The notes under the pieces are model-generated. The model saw only the letters and a program-made list of their open reading frames with translations, ran no database searches and was not told the origin of the DNA. From an uncultured Alphaproteobacteria bacterium (lineage in GTDB: Bacteria > Pseudomonadota > Alphaproteobacteria > Rhizobiales > Beijerinckiaceae): 40,231 bases of DNA. Positions 17,553 through 25,528 of the stretch are shown here, piece by piece. A program made the position numbers and the translations under genes. Location of the stretch: NCBI GenBank assembly GCA_937903315.1, contig CALCZO010000299.1, positions 1 through 40,231 of the forward strand. Direction: 5' to 3'. Position 1 is the stretch's first letter, and each line of letters opens with the position of its first letter.

Positions 17553-17567
17553 TTAAGAACTGCTTAA
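17553..17567. promoter_or_regulatory. Perfect CtrA-type box TTAA-N7-TTAA
   Basis: gTTAAgaactgcTTAAtcg lies ~80 nt upstream of the preferred start of the giant ORF. It sits in the divergent region shared with the Hpt gene. Two additional GTTAAC half-sites occur at 17612-17617 and 17633-17638. Confidence 0.5.
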
Positions 17568-17742
17568 TCGAGCCACTGTAACCCTTCGCTCGCCCCCGCG
17601 AAACTGCCCTTGTTAACCGATTTGAAAACTTCGTTAACGATGACGCCAGAGAGCGGTGCCCCAACCTGCGATCTTTGCCCGATCTTAAACTGTCGGCCGT
17701 AGCGTCCGGGTTCAGAGACCACGCTCAGCCAGAGGGACAGAC

Positions 17743-18126
17743 ATGTGGCGAAATCAAGAGGATGCAGCCGCCCGGACGGGTAATTCCGCGTCCTACGAAC
17801 GACCGATCGATCTCGTGCATCTCGCCCGCCAGACGCTGGGCGACCGGGGTCTGGAGCAGGAAATCCTCAGCCTCTATCTCAAGCAGGCGCGCACGTTGCT
17901 GGCCCGGATCGAGGAGAGCGTGCACCAGCGCGAGCGCAGCGATTTTGCCCATACGCTGAAGGGCTCGTCGCGCGCGGTCGGCGCCTGGCAGGTGGCGATG
18001 GCGGCCGAGGCGGTCGAGATCGTGCCGCCGCAGCAGGATATCGAAGCGGCCAAGGCGATTGCCGCCCTGCGCACCTGCGTATCGGCTGCCTGCGACACGA
18101 TTGCCGAGTTGCAGCGCCCGCATTGA
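17743..18126 (+). CDS. Stand-alone histidine phosphotransfer (Hpt) domain protein
   Basis: The Hpt signature HTLKGSSRAVGA is embedded in a ~120-aa all-helical protein. An SD (AGAGGGA) lies upstream of the ATG at 17743. Confidence 0.8.
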   Translation: MWRNQEDAAARTGNSASYERPIDLVHLARQTLGDRGLEQEILSLYLKQARTLLARIEESVHQRERSDFAHTLKGSSRAVGAWQVAMAAEAVEIVPPQQDIEAAKAIAALRTCVSAACDTIAELQRPH

Positions 18127-18169
18127 GCGGCTGGCCCTTCCAACCGGCCTGATGATTGACTAGCATGGC

Positions 18170-18202
18170 CACGCGCGCTACCCGGCGCGCGTGTTTGTTA
18201 TT
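18170..18202 (+). terminator. Rho-independent terminator after the Hpt gene
   Basis: CACGCGCGC-tacccg-GCGCGCGTG is a perfect 9-bp stem. It is followed by TTTGTTATT. Confidence 0.6.
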
Positions 18203-18214
18203 CGGGGAACTGGA

Positions 18215-18535
18215 ATGCCGAAAGTCACGTTCATCGCCGCCGACGGCACCGCCCGCACGGTCGAGGCACAGGTCGGCGCGACGCTGATGGAAACCGCCAT
18301 CCGCAATTCCGTGCCCGGCATCGATGCGGAATGCGGCGGCGCCTGCGCCTGCGCCACCTGCCATGTCTATGTCGACGAGGCGTGGCTGGCCACGGTCGGC
18401 AAGGCGCAGCCGATGGAGGAGGACATGCTCGATTTCGCCTCCGATGTCCGCAAGACCTCGCGCCTGTCGTGCCAGATCAAGATCACCGATGCGCTTGACG
18501 GGCTGACGGTGACGACCCCCAAGCGTCAGGGCTGA
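18215..18535 (+). CDS. 2Fe-2S ferredoxin (adrenodoxin/putidaredoxin type)
   Basis: The peptide is [11 protein letters not shown]...[19 protein letters not shown]...RLSCQI, with a C-x5-C-x2-C ... C ligand pattern. The ATG at 18215 is preferred over the track start at 18191. Confidence 0.85.
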   Translation: MPKVTFIAADGTARTVEAQVGATLMETAIRNSVPGIDAECGGACACATCHVYVDEAWLATVGKAQPMEEDMLDFASDVRKTSRLSCQIKITDALDGLTVTTPKRQG

Positions 18536-18538
18536 GGC

Positions 18539-19741
18539 TCATTCCGCCGGCGTGGCCGCCGCTACCCCGGCTGCATTCTCCTTCATCACCGTCTCGCGGC
18601 CGTGGCCCGGATCGCGCGGGACGAGGAAGGCAAGCACCAGCGAGATCGAGGCGATGACGCCGCCGGCCTGAAACACCAGAGCCGGGTCCTTGATCCACAG
18701 CATGCCGAAGACAAACGGAATGAACACCGCCGCGATGTGGTTGATGGTGAACGACACCGCCGCCGTCGGCGACATGTCGGCCGGATCGCCGATCTTCTGG
18801 AAATAGGTCCGCTGGGCGATGACGAGGGTCAGGAACACCCCGTCGAGCACGAACAGAACGGCGGCGACCAGCGGATCGAGCGTCACCGAATAGCCCGCGA
18901 AAACGACGATCAGCGCGATGTTCTCCAGCATGATCGTGCGCCGTTCGCCAATGCGCTGGATCAGCGTGCCGAACCACGGGGCCACCGCGATGTTGAGCGC
19001 CGAGGTCAGCAGGAACAGCCCGGCGACCTCATGAACCTTCATGCCGAACCGTTCGACCAGCAGGAAGGCCGCAAAAGCCGTAAAGATCTGCCGCCGCGCC
19101 CCGCTCATCAGCGTCAGCGCGTAATAGAGCCAGTAGCGCGAGCGCAGCACGATCGTCTTGCGCTGGGGGACCGTGCCTTCGATGCGCGGAAACCACAGCC
19201 AGGCCCAGACAACCAGAGCGATCAGGATCAGGCCAAGCCCACCGAACAGGAGGCGATAATCGCGCACGCCCGACCACCACAGCAATGTCAATCCGCCATA
19301 GCCGGCGAGCTGTGCTGCGGCGCCGGCGCCGGCCACCTTGCCGAGCAGACGCGGCGCGTCCTTCTTGGGGAAAAGCTGGAGCGACAGCGACTGGTTAACG
19401 GTCTCCGAATAGTGAAATCCGACCGACATGACGATGGTGGCGACAAGTATGCCCCAGAACGAGGGCAGGTAGCCGGTGATGATTGCGCCCAGCGCCAGCA
19501 CGATCAGGCTGACCAGCGCGAAGACCTGCTCGCGCATCACCATGAACCAGACGATGGCCGTGAAGGCGAGAAAACCGGGAATTTCGCGCACGCTCTGGGC
19601 GATGCCGATCTCATAGCCGGTGAAATCGGCCATTTCCTTGGCGAAGTTGTTGAACAGCCCGTTCCAGCCGGCATAGCCGAGCATGTTGATGAAATGGATC
19701 ACCATCAGGAACACGATGGGCGAGCGGAACGAGGAGGACAT
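18539..19741 (-). CDS. MFS-type transporter (400 aa)
   Basis: About 12 hydrophobic helices. The ATG at 19741 (MSSSFRSPIVFLMVIHFINMLGYAG) is preferred, because the upstream extension in the track ORF is not protein-like. The substrate is unknown. Confidence 0.7.
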   Translation of the reverse strand: MSSSFRSPIVFLMVIHFINMLGYAGWNGLFNNFAKEMADFTGYEIGIAQSVREIPGFLAFTAIVWFMVMREQVFALVSLIVLALGAIITGYLPSFWGILVATIVMSVGFHYSETVNQSLSLQLFPKKDAPRLLGKVAGAGAAAQLAGYGGLTLLWWSGVRDYRLLFGGLGLILIALVVWAWLWFPRIEGTVPQRKTIVLRSRYWLYYALTLMSGARRQIFTAFAAFLLVERFGMKVHEVAGLFLLTSALNIAVAPWFGTLIQRIGERRTIMLENIALIVVFAGYSVTLDPLVAAVLFVLDGVFLTLVIAQRTYFQKIGDPADMSPTAAVSFTINHIAAVFIPFVFGMLWIKDPALVFQAGGVIASISLVLAFLVPRDPGHGRETVMKENAAGVAAATPAE

Positions 19742-19888
19742 GGGCTGGACCTGACGGCAGCGAGGAGGAGCGCGACCATGCGGCGTCTGACAAGGCGGGT
19801 CAACCCGCGCGACGCCGGCGGTTTGTCTTGCCGCAAAGATTTTGCCAGAGTGCGCGCCTAGGCTGCCGCAAGCCATGAGGAGGTCTTG

Positions 19889-20311
19889 ATGTACAATCGC
19901 ATTCTTGTTCCGGTCGATCTCGGTGACGTCAAGGTCGCCCAGCCGGCCATCGCCAAGGCCGTTGGCCTGGCCAAGGGGACGGGCGGTCATGTCCGGCTTC
20001 TCAACGTCCTGTCGCTGATTCCGGCAGCCTATCTCGACTACATGCCGACCAACTACGATGCCCAGGAACGTGAACGGGCCGAGCAGGATCTGGCCAAGTT
20101 CGCAGCCGAAACCGGAATGGCTCCGGCCACCATCAGTTCGGTTGTGCGGATCGGCGCGATCTATCACGAGGTGCTTGGCGAGGCCAAGGAATGGAATGCC
20201 GACCTGATCGTCGTCGGCTCGCACGATCCGTCGTTTGCGACCTATCTGATCGGCTCAAACGCGGCCAACATCGTCCGCCACGCCCATTGCTCGGTGCTGG
20301 TGGTCCGCTAG
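19889..20311 (+). CDS. Universal stress protein (UspA family)
   Basis: MYNRILVPVDLGD...DLIVVGSHDPSFATYLIGSNAANIVRHAHCSVLVVR is a typical Usp fold signature. An SD (GAGGAGG) lies 6 nt upstream of the ATG at 19889. Confidence 0.85.
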   Translation: MYNRILVPVDLGDVKVAQPAIAKAVGLAKGTGGHVRLLNVLSLIPAAYLDYMPTNYDAQERERAEQDLAKFAAETGMAPATISSVVRIGAIYHEVLGEAKEWNADLIVVGSHDPSFATYLIGSNAANIVRHAHCSVLVVR

Positions 20312-20901
20312 GTCCGTCCCGCCCCTGCGCCGGCAGCAGGCAGGATATCGGCGGGAATCGCCCGCGCGTTGAACGTGCGCGGGCGGTTGCGGATGGTGAA
20401 CTGCCATGTCCAGAGGCTGAAATAGCCGACGAAGACGGCAACGCCGAGCGCGGTGCCATATTGTCCGGCGGTGAGCGCGCGAAAGCCGAAATAGGCCAGC
20501 AGCGCCAGCGTGACGGCGCCGACGAGCGCGACCAGCGCCAGCATCGGCGCGATCTTGCCGGCATGCAGCAGGACGTCCGGGTTGGCCGCCGCCGTGCGCG
20601 CGACCAGCGCCTCGACGAACAGGCGATAGGGACCTTCCAGCCGCTCCTGCTCCACCAGCGATTTGTAGCTGCGGTCCTCGAAACTCACGGTCTTGCCGTT
20701 GCGGGTGTAGACCTTGGCGCGGAACCCGGAAAAATTGATGCCGCGCGGGGCATAGAACAGCCGGATTGTCGCAATCTCGCGATAGGGAATGGACGTCTCG
20801 CGACCAGCCCGGTTGGCCACCAGCATGTCGCGGGTCAGCTCAAGCGTGGTCTCTGCCGTGAAGGGGCGCGGGCGGAAGGCATAGCGAAGCGGCGCGGTCA
20901 T
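20308..20901 (-). CDS. Hypothetical membrane protein (197 aa): soluble N-domain plus two C-terminal TM helices
   Basis: Only the last 197 codons of track ORF 20308..21564 are credible, because the upstream part is antisense to the sixA-like gene. ATG at 20901. Its stop shares a CTAG tetranucleotide with the convergent usp stop. Confidence 0.5.
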   Translation of the reverse strand: MTAPLRYAFRPRPFTAETTLELTRDMLVANRAGRETSIPYREIATIRLFYAPRGINFSGFRAKVYTRNGKTVSFEDRSYKSLVEQERLEGPYRLFVEALVARTAAANPDVLLHAGKIAPMLALVALVGAVTLALLAYFGFRALTAGQYGTALGVAVFVGYFSLWTWQFTIRNRPRTFNARAIPADILPAAGAGAGRT

Positions 20902-20991
20902 GCTGTCCTGATGCCCGATCGGCGCAGATAAGCCAAGGATTCCGCGCGCATCCCTCTCGCAATTTTCGATTCGTGATGGCAGATAGGGGCC

Positions 20992-21519
20992 ATGACGTCG
21001 CTGATCCTGTTTCGCCATGCCAAAGCTGTGCCGGCCGGTCCGGGCGGCGATCATATCCGTGCGCTCGCGGCCGAAGGCCAGCGCGCCGCTCCGCTCATTG
21101 GCGCGGAGCTGAAGCGGATGGGGCTCAATCCCGAGATCATTCTGGTCTCCAGCGCCGCCCGGACGCAGGAGACCTATACGCTCGCCGCTGCTGCCGGCGG
21201 GCTCGGCGCGGCGACAATCGAGGACGAACTGTATCTCGCGTCCGCAGGCTCGATCCTCAAGCGCATCCGCAAGGTGCCGCCGCGCACCAAGAGCGTGATG
21301 ATCATCGGCCATAACCCCGGCCTTGCGGAACTTGCCAGTCGCCTTGCCGATCCCGAAGAGAGCGACAGCCGCGCCCGCGCCCGCGCCCGCGCCCGATTTC
21401 CCACAGCGACCTGTGTCGTCCTCAACGTCCTGACGCCGTGGAGCGAGATCGAGGACGGCGATTGCGCGCTGACCCACTATTTCACCCCTGCGGATATGGG
21501 CCTCACCGACGAGGATTAG
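20992..21519 (+). CDS. Histidine phosphatase family protein, SixA-like phosphohistidine phosphatase
   Basis: It has the MTSLILFRHAKAV (RH catalytic motif) and IIGHNPG motifs, and its size (~175 aa) fits SixA. Confidence 0.7.
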   Translation: MTSLILFRHAKAVPAGPGGDHIRALAAEGQRAAPLIGAELKRMGLNPEIILVSSAARTQETYTLAAAAGGLGAATIEDELYLASAGSILKRIRKVPPRTKSVMIIGHNPGLAELASRLADPEESDSRARARARARFPTATCVVLNVLTPWSEIEDGDCALTHYFTPADMGLTDED

Positions 21520-21529
21520 GGGCCAGCCG

Positions 21530-22990
21530 ATGGCGCGCGACACGCTGAGCGACTGGACAGACACGGCGCGCCTCGCTTCGGCCAGCCTGTTCGACTATCT
21601 CGCCTCGTTCTCGATGCCGACGCTGCGGATCGGCGTCACCGGCCTGTCGCGCGCCGGCAAGACCGTGTTCATCACCGCGCTGGTGCATGCGCTGGTCGGC
21701 GGCGGGCGGTTGCCGGTGTTCCGCGCCGCAGCCGAAGGGCGGATCGCCCGGGCCCGGATCGTCGAGCAGCCGGACCCGAACGTGGCCCGGTTCGCCTATG
21801 AGGACCATCTTGCCACGCTGACCGGTCCCGAGCGGGACTGGCCGCAGTCGACCCGCCAAATTTCCCAGATCAGGATCGAAATCGACTATGAACGCCCCGC
21901 CGGCTGGTTCGGCAGCGGCAAGGGACAGCTGGCGCTTGATATCGTCGACTACCCCGGAGAATGGCTGCTCGACCTGCCGTTGCTCGATCTCGACTATGCC
22001 GCGTGGAGCCGGCAGACGCTCGCCTCGATCGGCGAGGGGGCACGGGCGGTGCCGTTTGCGCCATTCCGCGAGCGGCTCGTCGGCCTTGATGCCGGCGCGC
22101 CGGCGGACGAGATGGTGGCGCGTGCTCTGGCCGAGGCGTTCACGGCGGGGCTGGTGACATGCCGCAACGCGGAGATCGGCCTGTCGTCGCTGCCGCCCGG
22201 ACGGTTCCTGATGCCGGGCGATCTTGCCGGCTCGCCGGCCCTGACCTTCGCACCGTTGCCGCCGGATACGGCGGCCGAGCAGCGGCCGACTTCGCTCCAT
22301 GCGATGATGGCGCGCCGGTTTGATTTCTACAAGCTGCACGTCGTCAAACCGTTTTTCAGGGAGCATTTCGCCCGGCTTGACCGGCAGGTGGTGCTGGTCG
22401 ACGTGCTGAGCGCGATCAATGCCGGCCGCGAGGCGCTGGGCGATCTCGAACTGGCGCTGACCGATGTGCTTGCCGCTTACCGGGTGGGGCAGAACTCGAT
22501 CCTCTCCACTCTGTTCGCCCCGCGCATCGACAAGGTCCTGTTCGCCGCCACCAAGGCCGACCACATTCACCACGCCAACCACGACCGGCTCGAAGCGATG
22601 CTCCGGCTGATCACCCGGCGGGCGTTGGCGCGGGCGCAAGGGGCCGGATCCGCGCTTGATGTGGCGGCGCTGGCGGCGGTCAGGGCGACGCGTGAAGTGG
22701 AAGTCAAGCGCAAGGGAGAAACGCTTGATTGCATTGCGGGAATCCCGATCAAGGGGGAGCGTCTCGGTGCCGATGTGTTCGATGGCGTGCGCGAGGCCGC
22801 GCTCTATCCGGGCGATCTGCCGGACAATCCCGCCGTGCTGTTCGATCCGGCCCGGCCGCTCGATCCGATCCGCTTCCTGCGGTTTCGTCCGCCCGTGCCG
22901 CAGATTGCGCGCGAAGGCGGACTGGCACCGCTGGCGCATATTCGCCTTGATGCCGTGCTGGAATTTCTCCTCGGCGACAAACTGAACTGA
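21530..22990 (+). CDS. ycjX: YcjX-family P-loop NTPase
   Basis: LRIGVTGLSRAGKTVFITALVHAL (P-loop) closely matches the YcjX N-terminus. The protein is ~480 aa and is followed by a ycjF-like gene. Confidence 0.8.
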   Translation: MARDTLSDWTDTARLASASLFDYLASFSMPTLRIGVTGLSRAGKTVFITALVHALVGGGRLPVFRAAAEGRIARARIVEQPDPNVARFAYEDHLATLTGPERDWPQSTRQISQIRIEIDYERPAGWFGSGKGQLALDIVDYPGEWLLDLPLLDLDYAAWSRQTLASIGEGARAVPFAPFRERLVGLDAGAPADEMVARALAEAFTAGLVTCRNAEIGLSSLPPGRFLMPGDLAGSPALTFAPLPPDTAAEQRPTSLHAMMARRFDFYKLHVVKPFFREHFARLDRQVVLVDVLSAINAGREALGDLELALTDVLAAYRVGQNSILSTLFAPRIDKVLFAATKADHIHHANHDRLEAMLRLITRRALARAQGAGSALDVAALAAVRATREVEVKRKGETLDCIAGIPIKGERLGADVFDGVREAALYPGDLPDNPAVLFDPARPLDPIRFLRFRPPVPQIAREGGLAPLAHIRLDAVLEFLLGDKLN

Positions 22991-22999
22991 CAGGCTGAG

Positions 23000-24019
23000 A
23001 TGGCGCGCGCTCCGGAAGTGTTCTCGATCGACCCGGCTGACAAGACTTCGGCAGCCGATGCGCCGCGCCGCGCCGCAGGCGGGGTGCGGATTGTCGAGGT
23101 TGCTGACGAATTCGAGCAGCCTGCTGGCATTGCGGAAGAAAAATCCAGGGCCCGTGGCAATGTCTGGCTGCGGCTGCTGGCTGGCGCGCTCGGCGCCTTC
23201 ATCAGTCTTGCCGTCGGCTTGTGGGCCTACGAATTCATCCTCGACCTGATGGGGCGCTGGCCGGTGCTCGGCTATCTTGCGCTGGCGCTCGGGGCCGTGG
23301 CGCTGCTTTCACTGGTCGTGGTGCTGGCGCGTGAACTTTCTGCCCTCGCCCGGCTCGGGTCGGCCGAAGCCCTGCGCGTCGCGGGTGATGAGGCGCTGGC
23401 CGCGGGAACCACCCCGGCCGCGCGTGCGTTCATTCATAAAGTCAATCGCTTCTACCGCGAAGACGCGACCACGGCGCGGGGGCGCGCGGCACTTGAGGGG
23501 TATACCGGCGAGATCATCGATGCACCCGATCTGATCGCCCTTGCCGAACGCGAACTGATGACGCCCAAGGATCGGGCGGCGCGGGCGGCGATTGCTTCTG
23601 CCGCGTCGAAAGTGGCGATGGTGACGACACTGTCGCCGCGGGCATGGGTCGATATCGTCTTCGTGCTGTTCCAGGGCGTGCGGCTGATCAGCCAGATTGC
23701 GACCGTCTACAACGGGCGGCCGGGCGGGCTGGCGATCTGGCGGCTGTCGGCGCGGGTGATGACCCATCTGGCGATCACCGGCGGCGTCGCGGTGGCGCAG
23801 GATGCGCTCAGCCAGTTCATCGGCGCGGGGCTTGCCGGGCGGCTGTCGAGCAAGCTTGGCGAGGGGATGCTCAATGGTGTCCTGACCGCTCGGGTGGGGC
23901 TCTCGGCCATCGCTGTCTGCCGGCCGATGCGTTTCCGGGCCCTGCCGGCACCGACGCTGTCGGATGTCGCCGGCTCGTTGCTGCCGATCGGCGGGCAGGC
24001 GGAAAAATCTGCCGGGTGA
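23000..24019 (+). CDS. ycjF: YcjF-family membrane protein
   Basis: TM helices are followed by a conserved C-terminal domain (PRAWVDIVFVLFQGVRLISQIATVYNGRPG...). It is paired with ycjX, as in enterobacteria. Confidence 0.75.
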   Translation: MARAPEVFSIDPADKTSAADAPRRAAGGVRIVEVADEFEQPAGIAEEKSRARGNVWLRLLAGALGAFISLAVGLWAYEFILDLMGRWPVLGYLALALGAVALLSLVVVLARELSALARLGSAEALRVAGDEALAAGTTPAARAFIHKVNRFYREDATTARGRAALEGYTGEIIDAPDLIALAERELMTPKDRAARAAIASAASKVAMVTTLSPRAWVDIVFVLFQGVRLISQIATVYNGRPGGLAIWRLSARVMTHLAITGGVAVAQDALSQFIGAGLAGRLSSKLGEGMLNGVLTARVGLSAIAVCRPMRFRALPAPTLSDVAGSLLPIGGQAEKSAG

Positions 24020-24030
24020 CGCTGCGACAG

Positions 24031-24047
24031 GCGGAATCCGATTCCGC
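24031..24047. promoter_or_regulatory. 17-bp perfect palindrome GCGGAATC-c-GATTCCGC containing two GANTC sites; candidate activator (enhancer) site for flgE
   Basis: Read directly. It is centred ~60 nt upstream of the sigma-54 -24 element at 24100. A 1-nt spacer argues against a simple terminator hairpin. Confidence 0.4.
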
Positions 24048-24099
24048 GCCGGTCAGGCGTGAGCGACAATAAGTCTCTGAAAATATTGATGACGCGATT

Positions 24100-24114
24100 T
24101 GGAACGCGACTTGT
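24100..24114 (+). promoter_or_regulatory. Sigma-54-type promoter TGGAAC-N5-TTGT upstream of flgE
   Basis: GG-N10-G spacing is correct. It lies 37 nt upstream of the flgE ATG. It shares GACTTGT with the flgF promoter. The -12 element reads GT instead of the canonical GC. Confidence 0.5.
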
Positions 24115-24150
24115 ATCGCGGTGGCCCGTGGTCACCTTTGGAGTCGTGGT

Positions 24151-25521
24151 ATGGGTATTTTCGGGGCGATGCTGACAGCGGTTACCGGGCTGAAGGCGCA
24201 GGGCTTTGCGCTGGAGAACATCTCCGGCAACATAGCCAACAGCCGGACAACCGGGTTCAAGCGGGTCGATACCAACTTTGTCGATCTGATCCCCGAAAGT
24301 CCGCTCGGGCGCGAGCAGGGCGCATCCGTGCTGGCGCTGGGCCGCAACACGGTGATGCAGCAGGGCGACCTTTCGACGACGCAGATCGGCACCAACATGG
24401 CGATCAACGGCGAGGGGATGTTCGTGGTGCAGGAACGCACCGGGTCGGCCAGCGGGCTGCCGGTGTTCGGCGGCGTCGAACTGTATACGCGGCGCGGCGA
24501 TTTCGAGATCGACAAGGACGGCTACCTCGTCAACGGCGCCGGCTACTATCTCAAGGGGCTGGCGATGGATCCGTTGACCGGATCGGTGAAGGGGTCAAAA
24601 CCCGATGTCGTCCGGGTGTCCAACGACAACCTGCCGGCCAAGCGGACCAGTATCGTTGAATACCGCGCCAACCTGCCGAGCTATCCGCAGACCAACGATG
24701 CGGATTCAGCCGTGGCGGGGTCCGAACTGCTGACCGCATCGGGCATGGCGGTCGATCCGCGGGTCGGCGGCGCGGGCTATGTCGCGGCGTCGGACGTGAC
24801 GGCGTTCGTCAACCGGTCGATCTCGGCAGGCGCGGTGACGGTCTACAACGATGTCGGCGCGCCGGTGAACGTCCAGATGCGCTGGGCCAAGACCGAGAAT
24901 GCGGCAACCGGAACCGACACCTGGAACCTGTTCTATCAGGAGGATTCGACTGCCACGGGCGCGGCGGCGGCATGGCGGAACGTCGGCACGGACTTCACGT
25001 TCGACAGCGATGGCCGGCTGACCTCGGCACCGTCCCTCTCGCTGGCCTCGCTGAGCGTCAACAACACCACGGTCGGGCCGATCACGCTCGATTTCACCGC
25101 CAGCGGCCTGACCCAGTTCGCCGATGCCAACGGCCAGACCCAGATCAACGCCGTGCGGCAGGACGGCTATGCCTCCGGCGTGCTCGAAGGTGTGCGGGTG
25201 GGCGATGCCGGGCGGATCATCGGCAGCTATTCCAACGGGCAGGTCGTCGGGCTGGCGCAGGTCGTGGTCGCCGGGTTCAACGGCGACAATGGTCTCAAAC
25301 GGCGCGATGGCGGGGTCTATGAGCAGACGCTCGAATCCGGCCCGCCGATCCTGATGCAGCAGGGGCGGGAAATCGTCGGCAGCGCGGTCGAGAACTCGAA
25401 CAGCGACATTTCGGAGGAGTTTTCCAAGATGATCGTGACGCAACAGGCCTATTCGGCCAATACCCGCGTGATTTCGACGTCGCAGCAGATGCTGCAAGAC
25501 GTGCTCAACATCATCCGGTGA
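24151..25521 (+). CDS. flgE: Flagellar hook protein FlgE
   Basis: The N-terminus (MGIFGAMLTAVTGLKAQGFALENISGNIANSRTTGFKR) and C-terminus (FSKMIVTQQAYSANTRVISTSQQMLQDVLNI) are axial-protein signatures. The size fits a hook protein. ATG at 24151 with a GGAG SD. Confidence 0.85.
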   Translation: MGIFGAMLTAVTGLKAQGFALENISGNIANSRTTGFKRVDTNFVDLIPESPLGREQGASVLALGRNTVMQQGDLSTTQIGTNMAINGEGMFVVQERTGSASGLPVFGGVELYTRRGDFEIDKDGYLVNGAGYYLKGLAMDPLTGSVKGSKPDVVRVSNDNLPAKRTSIVEYRANLPSYPQTNDADSAVAGSELLTASGMAVDPRVGGAGYVAASDVTAFVNRSISAGAVTVYNDVGAPVNVQMRWAKTENAATGTDTWNLFYQEDSTATGAAAAWRNVGTDFTFDSDGRLTSAPSLSLASLSVNNTTVGPITLDFTASGLTQFADANGQTQINAVRQDGYASGVLEGVRVGDAGRIIGSYSNGQVVGLAQVVVAGFNGDNGLKRRDGGVYEQTLESGPPILMQQGREIVGSAVENSNSDISEEFSKMIVTQQAYSANTRVISTSQQMLQDVLNIIR

Positions 25522-25528
25522 GTGAGCG

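Noticed and set aside
18602-19861. A 419-aa plus-strand ORF
   Set aside because: It is antisense to the MFS transporter. The translation is dominated by R/D/E/Q/H runs with no motifs.
20308-20311. A CTAG tetranucleotide shared as overlapping stop codons of the convergent usp and membrane-protein genes
   Set aside because: It is real but trivial, a compact convergent gene end with no regulatory implication I can support.
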